From a virus (taxonomy: Duplodnaviria > Caudoviricetes), in IMG/VR virus record IMGVR_UViG_3300028591_000072, positions 64,001-128,000 of that record: a stretch of 64,000 nt of DNA; one strand, written 5' to 3'. Below are positions 17,428 to 27,851 of this stretch, one piece after another. The position numbers and the translations under genes were made by a program. The notes under the pieces are model-generated. The model made no database searches. It was not told where the DNA came from and saw only the letters and a program-made list of their open reading frames with translations. Numbering within the stretch: the first letter of the stretch is position 1; each line of letters opens with the position of its first letter.

Positions 17428-19134
17428 ATGAGCACTAAAAATAAAAACATAGCATCTCAAGCACTTTTGGAAATGGATGCCATCACTTCTGCAATAAAAG
17501 AAGAGAGCAAAAAATCAATGAAATCTCTTTTATCTGAAGCAGTTAAGACCGCTTTAAGGGAAAGTTGCGATGAAGAAGACGATAAAGATTACGAAGTGCA
17601 AGATGAGAACGAAAAAGAAGAAAACACTTCTGATAATAAAGAAAAGAACTCAAAAAAGGGCTCAACAAATGAAATTGGTAATCCTGAAATTGGTGGTGAA
17701 GAAGAACCTGGTAATGAATCAATGAATCAACCAGGGCAAGCAGACCCACAAATGGATGCAATGCAAGGAGCACCCGCAGAAAGTCCGGAAGCAGCACAAG
17801 GAAATCCCGAAGCAAGCACGGAAGGCGGACAAGAAGGTTGGGATGAATTCTCAGATTATCAAGTGGGAGACAGTAATACATATGACCTCACAGGTGAGAA
17901 TGACTACGACACAGTAGTGAAGGTTTATAAACTCTTGAATGACGAAGACCAAGTTGTCGTTAAAAAAGAAGGCGATACGGTTCAACTTCAAGACAATAAT
18001 GCCGGCACTGAATATATCATTGACTTGGGTGGTGATGAAGGACAGCCTGAAGCAAACGCACAAGAAATGGAAAGTGAGGAAATGCCTGACGAACTAAACG
18101 AATCTTTGTTAGATGGCGAAGACTTTGAAAATTTCGAAGATGACGAACCATTTGAAGACGAATTTATGGATGACCAATCTGTTATTGGGCACGAAAACGA
18201 TGACCCATTCATTTATGGGGATTATGAAGACCACAGAAATAAAGATTTGGGTGACTTTGACGAATTCGATGATATGGCAGGATTCGATGATGAATTATAC
18301 GAGGGCAAAATAAGAAATAATAAAAAAGCAAGAAAGCCAATGAAAGAAAGCAAAGAAGTACTATTCGAGGTTGACCTTGGATATACAGACAATTACCAAG
18401 ACAAGGACCCGATAGCAGGACTTTCTAATAATGAACCTTCTAAGGGTGGCAAATCTTGGCACAAGGGCGTTCCAACAGGAACAGCAAAACCATGGGCCGG
18501 TGAAACAAAATCAAAAGGTGACCCATTTAAAGACACACAAAAAGTACAAGGTAGTGTAAACGAAGAAGATGGTATTGATATGGGCGGTGACGTACCAATG
18601 GAAGAACAACAAAATGTTGGTGGTTTCGTACAACAAAATTCAGTAACAACATCAAGGATACCTAACTCAAACGGAAGAAAGGCAAGAAGCCAAAGAGGTA
18701 CTGATGTTAAAACAACTGGAAGTGCAGACCCACGTTATTCTTCAGCAACAAACGAAAGCAAAGAATTAAAAGCCATTAAGAACGAAAACAAAGAGCTTAA
18801 AAAGGCAATTATGGAACTTCGCAAGAGTTTGAACGAAGCTTACATCACAAACGTTAACCTTGGAAAAATAACAAAATTGTTCCTTGAAAACGCAACATCT
18901 CAACAAGAAAAGATTGATATTGTCAATCGTTTCACAAATGAGGCAAAAACATTAGAACAAGCAAATACTCTTTACGAGTCAATCAACAAACAATTAAAAA
19001 ACAAGCAACAAATAAGTCTTAATGAGTCTTCTTCAACCGCAAACGGAACCAAAGACTTAAATGAACAAAAAATCTACAAGACAAATGATTTAATGAAAAC
19101 AATTGACTTAATGGGTAGAGTTTTGAGTTGTTAA
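17428..19134 (+). CDS. Prohead core/scaffolding protein (gp22-like position)
   Basis: Lies between protease and MCP; acidic, C-terminal coiled coil; many LNE/xxE sites; GATATTTAT at 17384. Confidence 0.75.
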   Translation: MSTKNKNIASQALLEMDAITSAIKEESKKSMKSLLSEAVKTALRESCDEEDDKDYEVQDENEKEENTSDNKEKNSKKGSTNEIGNPEIGGEEEPGNESMNQPGQADPQMDAMQGAPAESPEAAQGNPEASTEGGQEGWDEFSDYQVGDSNTYDLTGENDYDTVVKVYKLLNDEDQVVVKKEGDTVQLQDNNAGTEYIIDLGGDEGQPEANAQEMESEEMPDELNESLLDGEDFENFEDDEPFEDEFMDDQSVIGHENDDPFIYGDYEDHRNKDLGDFDEFDDMAGFDDELYEGKIRNNKKARKPMKESKEVLFEVDLGYTDNYQDKDPIAGLSNNEPSKGGKSWHKGVPTGTAKPWAGETKSKGDPFKDTQKVQGSVNEEDGIDMGGDVPMEEQQNVGGFVQQNSVTTSRIPNSNGRKARSQRGTDVKTTGSADPRYSSATNESKELKAIKNENKELKKAIMELRKSLNEAYITNVNLGKITKLFLENATSQQEKIDIVNRFTNEAKTLEQANTLYESINKQLKNKQQISLNESSSTANGTKDLNEQKIYKTNDLMKTIDLMGRVLSC

Positions 19135-19184
19135 CACTATTTATTAAACAAATAAAGAATAAAGAAAGAAAAAAAATAAGTAAA

Positions 19185-21161
19185 ATGAGAGAATTTTTAG
19201 CATCTGGTCAAGTTGGTAATATTGAACTCAACGAACAGAAAAGAATCAGAAAAGAAATTAATGAACGTTGGTCTGCTTTAGGCATGGTTGACGGTCTTAA
19301 GGGTATAATAAAAGAAAACATTGCTACTTTGTACGAAAATGAAGCAAAGGCACTTCTTTCAGAGGCAACCGCTTCAGACAATAGTGGTTCATTTGAAACT
19401 GTTGTATTCCCTATAATCAGAAGGGTTTTCAGCAAACTTCTTGCAAACGACATCGTTTCTGTACAAGCAATGAACCTTCCTGTTGGTAAGTTGTTCTTCA
19501 TGCTTCCTGTAACAAGTGAAAGAGAATGGGATGAACAATTCTTAGATAAGGACGGTAGATTACAAAACGGTTCAGTTGGTAGACATCGTGGCCTTATGGG
19601 TTATGAAAGAACCGACAGACATAATGGTAACACATACAACCGTTTCTATTTACCAGACGAAGTTGTAAATGATATGACTTTCCAATATTCAGAAGATGGC
19701 GGCGTAAATTGGACTGACATTGAAAGTGCAACAACTTATGATGAAGCACTTTTCAAAACAAAAGACATGGTTGCTAGTGATGGCGTTAGCCCTGTTATTG
19801 TAAGGCAAGCAAAGCCAACAGTAACAAAGTACAACAAGAGAACTCTTTATGATTTGTTCTACAATGATTTCTTGTATGACAATTCAAAAGGTAAGATTCG
19901 TATTAGAATTTCTGACCAAGTAACTCCTGTTACTTTGATTGATTTTGAGCCTGTTGAAATTGGAACTGACTATCAAGGTGAAACCGTAAAGCCACAAGCA
20001 TATGCAGATGGTACAATCAGAAATATTATGCTTCAAGTAAAAGGCTTCTCAGGATATAACGCAGGTAAATTAACCGGTCCTGATGGAAACGAAATGGACA
20101 CCGAAGCATTTTTGGCTTCATTAAAAGTTTATGCTAACTCAGCTATTACTTCATCAAGCGGAAACTCCACATTCGAAAAATACGAAGGAATTCCATTCAG
20201 AATCGTATCACAAAAATATGGTAAGGGTATTGTTGAATATGGTAACCCTTGCCAAGCAGACGGTACTATTTTGATTGACCTTGACCTTGCAAAACCAGTA
20301 AAGAAACAAGGTGATTCTTTAGATGGTTATAAAGGTATTGACTACACTGAAGATATTGACCCAGGTTTGTTTGCAATTGCTTGGTCACAGTATGACTCAT
20401 TAGAACTTGAAACCGAAATCGGTGAAGTTTCATTCAAACTTGAAAGTGTAACTGTTTCAGTTGAAGAAAGAAAACTTAGAGCAACTTGGTCACCTGAGTT
20501 AGCACAAGATGTCAGCGCTTTCCATAACATTGACGCTGAAGCTGAATTAACAGCATTGTTATCAGAACAAATCGCTGCTGAAATTGACCGTGAAATCCTT
20601 AGAGATTTGAGAAAGTTCGGTCCATGGCAAGCAAGATGGGACGTTAACGGATGGAGAAGACAAGCTGGTTTCTCAACCAACTATACTCAAAAAGACTGGA
20701 ACCAAGAATTGATGACTAAGATTAACCAAGTTTCAGCACAAATCCATAAGACAACTCTTCGTGGTGGTGCTAACTTCATCGTTGTGTCATCAGAAATCTC
20801 AGCAGTGTTCGATAACTTGGAATACTTCCACGTTTCAGATGCTAACGCTGAATCAGACCAATACAATATGGGTATTGAAAGAATTGGTGCTCTTCAAAAC
20901 AGATACCAAGTGTATAGAGACCCATATTCACCTGCTTGGTCAATTATAATTGGTCACAAGGGTAAGTCATTATTGGATACTGGTTACATCTATGCACCTT
21001 ATATCCCAATGCAATTAACCCCAACTATTTACAACCCTGAAAACTTCGCACCTGTAAAGGGTATAATGACACGTTATGCGAAGAAATGTGTTAACAACAG
21101 ATTCTACGGTGGTGTTAAAGTTGACGGCCTTGTACAATGGGACCCACAAGAAATTAGATAA
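19185..21161 (+). CDS. Major capsid protein (T4 gp23-like) with large insertion
   Basis: FPIIRRVF..VSVQAMNLPVG, RKLRATWSPELAQD, EIDREIL, GYIYAPYIP, GIMTRYA; start moved to ATG 19185. Confidence 0.95.
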   Translation: MREFLASGQVGNIELNEQKRIRKEINERWSALGMVDGLKGIIKENIATLYENEAKALLSEATASDNSGSFETVVFPIIRRVFSKLLANDIVSVQAMNLPVGKLFFMLPVTSEREWDEQFLDKDGRLQNGSVGRHRGLMGYERTDRHNGNTYNRFYLPDEVVNDMTFQYSEDGGVNWTDIESATTYDEALFKTKDMVASDGVSPVIVRQAKPTVTKYNKRTLYDLFYNDFLYDNSKGKIRIRISDQVTPVTLIDFEPVEIGTDYQGETVKPQAYADGTIRNIMLQVKGFSGYNAGKLTGPDGNEMDTEAFLASLKVYANSAITSSSGNSTFEKYEGIPFRIVSQKYGKGIVEYGNPCQADGTILIDLDLAKPVKKQGDSLDGYKGIDYTEDIDPGLFAIAWSQYDSLELETEIGEVSFKLESVTVSVEERKLRATWSPELAQDVSAFHNIDAEAELTALLSEQIAAEIDREILRDLRKFGPWQARWDVNGWRRQAGFSTNYTQKDWNQELMTKINQVSAQIHKTTLRGGANFIVVSSEISAVFDNLEYFHVSDANAESDQYNMGIERIGALQNRYQVYRDPYSPAWSIIIGHKGKSLLDTGYIYAPYIPMQLTPTIYNPENFAPVKGIMTRYAKKCVNNRFYGGVKVDGLVQWDPQEIR

Positions 21162-21188
21162 ACTATTTACCTGATATACAGGATGTTT

Positions 21189-21217
21189 AAAGAGCGTATT
21201 TTTTACGCTCTTTTTTT
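21189..21217 (+). terminator. Terminator after the MCP gene
   Basis: aaagagcgta-ttttt-tacgctcttt plus T-run. Confidence 0.8.
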
Positions 21218-21303
21218 GTTGTTTTTTTTACAAACCCGATTTTTTTGTAGCAAAAAATGGTTTTATTAAATATTTATTTGTATAATATATAAAAACAAAA
21301 AAA

Positions 21304-23001
21304 ATGAAAACACATAACATAAATGAATTTTCAATAATTGAAGATTACAAAAATGGAAAAGGGTTTGATTATATTTGTAAAGCCTATAAAATTGGTAAGA
21401 TAAGACTTAAAGAAATATTAAACAAATTTGATGTCGAAATACGGAAGCCAAGTTCATTCTCAAAAAAAAGAAAATTTGTTGTGCCGGATTGGAAAACAAA
21501 AAAATACGTAGAAAGGGAAGGGTTTCATTATGTTGCAAGGTCAAAAGATTATGAGTTTGAAACATTCGATTATGAAAACAACGGTGGATATTTGACTTCT
21601 TTTATAAAAGAGAAATATAATATAGAAATCCCATCATTATATGAAAGGAGACTTTACTATCAAGAAACCGGAAATTATTGGTATGAGCAGTGGTTTGATA
21701 TCATTGAAGTTAAAGATAGCGAAAGAAAAAAATGTCCTTATTGTGAATGGTCAACGTGTGACATTGAGAACAAAAGTGGAAGTTTTCAGATGCATCTCAA
21801 AAAGGAGCACAATTTAACGATAGAAGAACACCTTAAAAAACACATTGAAGACTATGATTATTTTAAAGTTCATGCAAAAAAAGACAAGTTAAAAAGCATA
21901 CTTAAATACAAGAAAAACTACGTAACATGTCCAATTTGCGGAAATAAGTACCAAAAAATAACCCAATCACATCTATTGTCGCATAATTTATCAATGAAAG
22001 CCTTTAGAGAAAAATACCATAATTGTGATATATTGTCCAAAACAATGGAGAATCAAACACATGAAGCAATAAAACTTGGAAATACCGTAACTCTAAAATC
22101 AAGATTCGTATCAAAATATGAGAAAGAAATACAAGATTTTTTAATAAAAAACGGAATTTCGTTTGAAGCAAATAGGCAACTTTTAATAGGAAAAGAAATT
22201 GATATATTAATAAAGGACAAAAAAATAGGTATAGAGTTTGACGGTCTGAAATGGCACACTGAGTGGTTTGGTAAGAAAAGTCACAATTACCATCTTGAAA
22301 AAACAGAGATGTGTTTGGAAAAAGGTGTTGGATTAATACACATATTTGAGGATGAGTACGTTAACAATAAGGAAATTGTTCTTCATAAATTATCGCACAT
22401 TTTGGGTATTGACAAAGGATTAAAAAAGATAATGGGAAGAAAGTGTGATATAAAGGAAATTTACAAATATGATGCAGAACAATTCCTAAACAAATACCAC
22501 ATACAAGGGTTTGTTAGTGCAACGGTTTATTTGGGTGCTTTTTTTGAGAATAAATTAATTGCTGTAATGTCGTTTAAAAATGGAAACATAAAAAACAGTG
22601 ATTGGGAGTTGGTCAGGTTTGCGTCAAATTATGATTATGTCATGCAAGGTGTTGGCTCTAAAATGTTTAAGTATTTTATTAACAAATATAGCCCTTCAAG
22701 AATTGTTTCGTTTGCAGACCGTAGATGGACGTTGAATAAAGATAACAATTTCTATACAAAGGCAGGTTTTGTCTTTGAAAACTACACAAGGCCAGACTAT
22801 AAGTATTACAACGAAAACGAAAAAGGAATGAGATACAAAAGAGTTCATAAAATGAATTTAAACAAGAAAAAATTAAACAAAAAGTATGGATTTCCATTAA
22901 CAATGACAGAGACCGAAATGGCAAAGGCACTTGGATACGACAGGATTTGGGATTGTGGCCTAATAAAGTATGTATGGGAAAATCAGTCTGACAAGGACTG
23001 A
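21304..23001 (+). CDS. Free-standing Hef-like homing endonuclease (Zn fingers, PD-(D/E)xK nuclease, GNAT/Mom-like C-terminal domain)
   Basis: CPYC..H, CPIC..H; EIDILI..IGIEFDGLKWH; FLNKYHIQG..WELVRFA..SFADRRW..IWDCG. Confidence 0.75.
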   Translation: MKTHNINEFSIIEDYKNGKGFDYICKAYKIGKIRLKEILNKFDVEIRKPSSFSKKRKFVVPDWKTKKYVEREGFHYVARSKDYEFETFDYENNGGYLTSFIKEKYNIEIPSLYERRLYYQETGNYWYEQWFDIIEVKDSERKKCPYCEWSTCDIENKSGSFQMHLKKEHNLTIEEHLKKHIEDYDYFKVHAKKDKLKSILKYKKNYVTCPICGNKYQKITQSHLLSHNLSMKAFREKYHNCDILSKTMENQTHEAIKLGNTVTLKSRFVSKYEKEIQDFLIKNGISFEANRQLLIGKEIDILIKDKKIGIEFDGLKWHTEWFGKKSHNYHLEKTEMCLEKGVGLIHIFEDEYVNNKEIVLHKLSHILGIDKGLKKIMGRKCDIKEIYKYDAEQFLNKYHIQGFVSATVYLGAFFENKLIAVMSFKNGNIKNSDWELVRFASNYDYVMQGVGSKMFKYFINKYSPSRIVSFADRRWTLNKDNNFYTKAGFVFENYTRPDYKYYNENEKGMRYKRVHKMNLNKKKLNKKYGFPLTMTETEMAKALGYDRIWDCGLIKYVWENQSDKD

Positions 23002-23010
23002 TTTTTTTTT
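22981..23010 (+). terminator. Terminator, variant of the AAGTCAG hairpin family
   Basis: aatcagtc-tgacaag-gactgatt plus T-run. Confidence 0.75.
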
Positions 23011-23079
23011 GTTTCATTATTTTACAAATTTGGCTTGCTTTAAAATGGATGCACTATTTATTTATATAATTATATAATT

Positions 23080-24195
23080 ATGAGTCAAAAAGTCTTAAAT
23101 AAGAGAAGTTCAGCATTATCGAATGGCGAAGCAAAATTGCCAACGCCATCACAATTAGAATATGGAGAAATTGCAATAAACTTTGCAAATGGTCACGAAA
23201 CGTTATCAATAAAAAATAACAATAACGAAATAGCAACTTTTTCTTCAGATAATTATTTTCAGTCTATTATTGAAAAAAATGAATATATAACATCAAAAGC
23301 ATTAACTGATTTAAATAGCCGATTGGTATCATCGGCTTCTCAGCTGGTAAATGATGTTGGTTTTATCACAGGTTATACAGAAACTGACCCAACAGTGCCA
23401 TCATGGGCCAAGAAATCAACAAAGCCCTCGTATACCGCAAATGAAGTTGGCGCATTACCAACAGGAACAACATTAGACAATATTCAAGATGGGTCAACAA
23501 GAAAATTAAGTGATTATGCAACATCATCAAACACCCACAACGAAATAGTTAATGTTAGTGGTAACATTAAAACATATATAGACAATAAAGTATCTTCTGT
23601 TTATGCATATAAGGGTTCTGTAACAAATTATTCAGACCTATCATCAATAGAAAGCAAAGAAGCCGGAGATGTATATAACGTAATAAATGCAAATGGTTCA
23701 ACGCCAGGTGGCACAAACTACGCATGGACTGGTACTGAATGGGATGCACTTGGCGGAACAATAAATTTGTCTAATTATGTTGAAAATTCTACTTTTACAA
23801 CCCATACTGAAAATACAGAAATCCATGTAACAGCAGCACAAAAATCTTCTTGGGATTCGAAAGTAAGCAACGTCCAATCAGATTGGAACGCCACAACAGG
23901 TTTGGCTGCAATTTTAAACAAGCCAACCATTCCAACAGTTAATGACAATACAATCACATTGACGTTCAATGGTTCTACAGTTGGTACATTCACATTGAAT
24001 CAAAATAGCAACAAGACTATTGATATTGGTACAATTATTGGATTACCACAATTTTCATCAGCAAATAATGGACAGATTCTTGGCGTTGTAAACGGGCAAT
24101 TGGCATGGGTAACGCCTATTGCAATTTACACTGGTAGTGGCACACCAAGTGCTTCACAAGGTAATGACGGTGATATTTATTTACAAACATCTTAA
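23080..24195 (+). CDS. Tail fibre/virion structural protein
   Basis: LEYGEIAIN, ETDPTVPSWAK, YKGSV..GDVYNV..WDALGG, VQSDWN, GNDGDIYLQ motifs typical of phage fibre proteins. Confidence 0.7.
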   Translation: MSQKVLNKRSSALSNGEAKLPTPSQLEYGEIAINFANGHETLSIKNNNNEIATFSSDNYFQSIIEKNEYITSKALTDLNSRLVSSASQLVNDVGFITGYTETDPTVPSWAKKSTKPSYTANEVGALPTGTTLDNIQDGSTRKLSDYATSSNTHNEIVNVSGNIKTYIDNKVSSVYAYKGSVTNYSDLSSIESKEAGDVYNVINANGSTPGGTNYAWTGTEWDALGGTINLSNYVENSTFTTHTENTEIHVTAAQKSSWDSKVSNVQSDWNATTGLAAILNKPTIPTVNDNTITLTFNGSTVGTFTLNQNSNKTIDIGTIIGLPQFSSANNGQILGVVNGQLAWVTPIAIYTGSGTPSASQGNDGDIYLQTS

Positions 24196-24257
24196 AAAAA
24201 TAATAGCAGAATAAATTTCATCCATTCCAAAAAAAGGAAGGGATTTAATTTTAAAAA

Positions 24258-26720
24258 ATGAGTAGAGTAATATCATATACAAGCGCAATAACAATTAATC
24301 CAACTTCTTTTGATAGTGTTAATTCATCATATGCATCAAATTACAATGATGGAAGTACAGCAATTGATGGTATATACAATGGGAATGTCATAAGTAATGG
24401 CTTCGATAATAGTGGTTCAACAACGAGAGCTGCATTTTATACCAATACTGGGCAATCAGCATCAAGTTACATTTATTATAATTTTGATTGTTCAAGAATA
24501 CCGCAAACAGCAATAATAAACTCAGTAGAATGTACAGTTAAATGTGGTAATCAAGGAACTAATTACTATAATACAAGACAAGTACAATTATGTGCTGGTA
24601 TAACACCGAAAGGAAGTGCAACAACTATGACGGGTTCCAATACTTCACCGTCTTCACATGCATTGACAGTTGGTACTTGGACAAGAGAAGAATTGGATAA
24701 CTGTAAGATTAGAATGTACCTTACAAGACTTAATAGTACGGGTACAGGTGCTACTGAGCCTTCGACTGTATCATTCTATGGTGCAACATTAGTTGTTAAT
24801 TATTCTGTTAATGGTACTATGTATGAAATCACATCTTCAAGTGAAACAAATTTAGCAACTGTTGAACCTTCTTCACAAGAAATATTAGAAGGTGAAAATG
24901 GTATTGTTAAAATTGAAACTGATAATGTTGGTGATATTGTTGTTGAAGATAATAGAACAGATGTCACCAACCAATTAGTTGTTAAACAAAAAATAGCAAG
25001 TGGTTCTTCAGAAACAGTTTTAGGAACATATACATTAGTTAGTGGTGGGTTTAATGGACAAGGCGCAAGTTATTTTCAAGGTATTGTAGGTAAAGGTGTC
25101 ACAGGTTCAACAACATCAAGTAACTACTACAGTAATGGAAGTAGTACAATCACAGTTTTTACATATAATTTAACGTTTAGTGATATACCAAGTAATGCCA
25201 CAATTACAAGGCTGTATTGTCAAGTTAATGGTCATGCCGAATCTACATCAAACGCAAACGAATATATGTGTATACAACTAATACTCGGTGACACAGCAAC
25301 AACAATAAGTGATGAAATTAATTTTAAATCAATTGGTACTTCTAATTCAACACAGACATTAGAAGCAACAACGTTACCTACAGTAACACAATTATCAAAT
25401 TTAAAGTTAAAATGTAGATTAGGTTATTATGGTGGTGCAATTAACGGTGCAACATGTTATGTTGAATATACATTACCGGTAGAAGGAAACCAATTTTATT
25501 ATGAATATACTGTAACCAATATATCTGCGGACCACACAATACTTGTTTCAGAAAATATAATAGTTCCGCCTGAAGAAGATGAAACAAAAACATATTATCC
25601 AATAACTATATCATCAATCAATGCAACAACAAATCCATCAAAGGGTACAACAAGAGTTGAAAGCGGTACAAGTGAAACAATAACGATTACACCTTCTGAC
25701 CCGCAATTGACGTTGGCCTTGGATAATGGTGTAGATATCACAAGTCAATTGGTTTCTCATGGTACTGATAGTCCTACTTCTGCCATTACAAATATAACAA
25801 CAACATATGGTTTTGTATATAATCAATCAACAGGTTATTATGTTTCAAATAATAATGGTGTTGGGAGTAGTGCTGCTGTAGCAAGAATTACACTTGATTT
25901 ACCTGTAAGAAGTTTAGTTACTTTCCAATATATTAATTATGCAGAAGCAACCTATGATTTTGGTGTATTTGGTAAAGTTGATACTGCTCTCAGTACTTCC
26001 GCATGGAATTCTTCACAATCTGGTGGTGATACCTCAACAGATGCAGGTCTTGAACAAATTAGATTAAACACTAATAGTTACAACAGTGCAAATGCACAGA
26101 ATTTAACATATGAAATACCTGCCGGTGAACATTTTGTAGATGTTAAATTTGCAAAAGATGAAGCAACAGATAGCAATAATGATAGTTTACAATTTAAAAT
26201 CACAAATATTGAATTACTCGAACCAACGGTTGGGTATTACACATATGATTTAAGCAATATTAACCAATCTCACTCGTTAATATTTATATTTGGTGATGTG
26301 ACTTATTATTTTATTAATTCAACAACAAATACCGAATGTAAATTATATCCAAATGGACAAATGGTTGCATTACCAGGTGATGATTACAGGCTTACAATTG
26401 TACCAAAAAACCCAACAGATACTATTTCCGTAACAGATAATGGAACTGATATAAACGATAATCTTGAAAGGAAAGAAATAACTATAGAAAAAGATGGTGA
26501 ACAAATAACAACTGTTAACTATATTTATAGATTAACAAATGTTCAAACAGCACACACAATAAATGTTATGTCATCATCCGGACAGGTCATTTATAGAAAA
26601 GAAAATGGTATTTGGAATATTAAACGTGTATGGCGAAAAAATAGTAGGAGTGATTGGGAAGAAATTTCTGATTATAGCAACTTATTTGATGAAAATACTG
26701 TATACATAAACAAAGAATAA
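24258..26720 (+). CDS. Large S/T/N-rich virion protein with repeated Ig-like/beta-sandwich domains
   Basis: Repeated DNGxD(I/V)TxQL...YxLxN(I/V)...H(T/S) modules and two IPxxAxI domains. Confidence 0.6.
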   Translation: MSRVISYTSAITINPTSFDSVNSSYASNYNDGSTAIDGIYNGNVISNGFDNSGSTTRAAFYTNTGQSASSYIYYNFDCSRIPQTAIINSVECTVKCGNQGTNYYNTRQVQLCAGITPKGSATTMTGSNTSPSSHALTVGTWTREELDNCKIRMYLTRLNSTGTGATEPSTVSFYGATLVVNYSVNGTMYEITSSSETNLATVEPSSQEILEGENGIVKIETDNVGDIVVEDNRTDVTNQLVVKQKIASGSSETVLGTYTLVSGGFNGQGASYFQGIVGKGVTGSTTSSNYYSNGSSTITVFTYNLTFSDIPSNATITRLYCQVNGHAESTSNANEYMCIQLILGDTATTISDEINFKSIGTSNSTQTLEATTLPTVTQLSNLKLKCRLGYYGGAINGATCYVEYTLPVEGNQFYYEYTVTNISADHTILVSENIIVPPEEDETKTYYPITISSINATTNPSKGTTRVESGTSETITITPSDPQLTLALDNGVDITSQLVSHGTDSPTSAITNITTTYGFVYNQSTGYYVSNNNGVGSSAAVARITLDLPVRSLVTFQYINYAEATYDFGVFGKVDTALSTSAWNSSQSGGDTSTDAGLEQIRLNTNSYNSANAQNLTYEIPAGEHFVDVKFAKDEATDSNNDSLQFKITNIELLEPTVGYYTYDLSNINQSHSLIFIFGDVTYYFINSTTNTECKLYPNGQMVALPGDDYRLTIVPKNPTDTISVTDNGTDINDNLERKEITIEKDGEQITTVNYIYRLTNVQTAHTINVMSSSGQVIYRKENGIWNIKRVWRKNSRSDWEEISDYSNLFDENTVYINKE

Positions 26721-26730
26721 AATTATTTAA

Positions 26731-26881
26731 CTATATACTTTATGTCAACTGGTATATAGTTCCATAATAAAAAGGCCCCGATTACTCAGGGCCTTTTTTT
26801 AATTTTATGCACCATATGAAGCATATTTTCATTTATGCATTATATGGTGCATAATTTGTTTTCGATAAGCATATAGTTACC
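26731..26881. mobile_element. Degenerate IS1595-type MITE-like element with nested IR, terminator and palindrome
   Basis: IR copy 26738-26763, degenerate IR ending 26881, flanking TTATTTAA at 26723-26730 and 26882-26889. Confidence 0.5.
26769..26800. terminator. Bidirectional terminator
   Basis: aaaaaggccc-cgattactca-gggccttttttt. Confidence 0.8.
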
Positions 26882-26885
26882 TTAT

Positions 26886-27614
26886 TTAATAATCAGCATC
26901 AGACTTTAAGAATTCATCCATTTGATATTTAATGTCTTCTTCATCCGGCCAATCCTTGATATATCCGTTTTCATCTATTGTCAAACAGATGTAATCTCCA
27001 TATCCTGAATCGTCAATAGCAAGCATGTCAGGTACGTAATCTTCTAATTCACAAATAACATTCATATTATTGTCATATGCCGTATATACACCGTCATCAC
27101 ATACTTTATAAAACACTTTCGCTGTTACGCCTTGTGTCCAATTAAGAATTTTTCCATCCTTAATATCAATAAGAATGTTCCATCTACCATTTTCATCAAT
27201 ACATGGAATTCTTGGGTTATCATCATCATCACTTTCTCCATTTACATCTGTATCTTCCCAATGTCTAACGCCGGCATCACAACGAAAATACCTAACATTT
27301 CTATAATTCCACATATCCGATTTCATATCTGAAATTGAATCATAAACCGCCCAATCTTCAGACATCATATCAGTTTGGCTTGCCAACCAGCCCGTCAAAA
27401 CTTTGTTGTCAGCCGTTTTCATACGTATTGAGCCAAGACACTCCACTTCACCGCCGTTAGCGTCTGCAATGGCCTTTAAATGCGGTTCTTTGCACCATTC
27501 TGCCTTAACTGTTGCCGGTGGCATATACCAAAGATACATATTTTTGCCATTCCACCCTTTTCTAGTTACGAATTTACCATCTTTCATGGCTTCAATTGCT
27601 TCTCCAAATTTCAT
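26886..27614 (-). CDS. Tad2/DUF2829-like anti-defence sponge domain fused to an uncharacterised C-terminal domain
   Basis: MKFGEAIEAMKDG..RKGWNGKNMYL...GWLASQTDMMSEDW; C-terminal YKVCDDG..YVP..GYGDYI. Confidence 0.75.
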   Translation of the reverse strand: MKFGEAIEAMKDGKFVTRKGWNGKNMYLWYMPPATVKAEWCKEPHLKAIADANGGEVECLGSIRMKTADNKVLTGWLASQTDMMSEDWAVYDSISDMKSDMWNYRNVRYFRCDAGVRHWEDTDVNGESDDDDNPRIPCIDENGRWNILIDIKDGKILNWTQGVTAKVFYKVCDDGVYTAYDNNMNVICELEDYVPDMLAIDDSGYGDYICLTIDENGYIKDWPDEEDIKYQMDEFLKSDADY

Positions 27615-27636
27615 AATACACTTATTTTACAAATTA

Positions 27637-27828
27637 TTAGTTGCATGAAGTTCTAAATAAAATTCCACTTAAAACATTAAGGCCCAATGCTTGAACCCAA
27701 GTTATTTTAACAAGCCCAAACAAAGTAGGCATTAACCAATTCCACAGCCACATTGTTGGGAATGAAAATACAATAGCAAGAATTACAATTAAGGCAATAC
27801 CGCCTAAAATTTCAAGTAATGTTTCCAT
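27637..27828 (-). CDS. Small membrane protein
   Basis: Hydrophobic; PTMWLWNWLMPTLFGL..ITWVQALGL. Confidence 0.7.
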   Translation of the reverse strand: METLLEILGGIALIVILAIVFSFPTMWLWNWLMPTLFGLVKITWVQALGLNVLSGILFRTSCN

Positions 27829-27851
27829 ATCAATATATTATTAAATTATTT

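Noticed and set aside
21160-21183. Additional IS1595 IR or late promoter after the MCP gene (aactatttacctgat)
   Set aside because: Only a partial match to either motif, and it is followed immediately by a terminator
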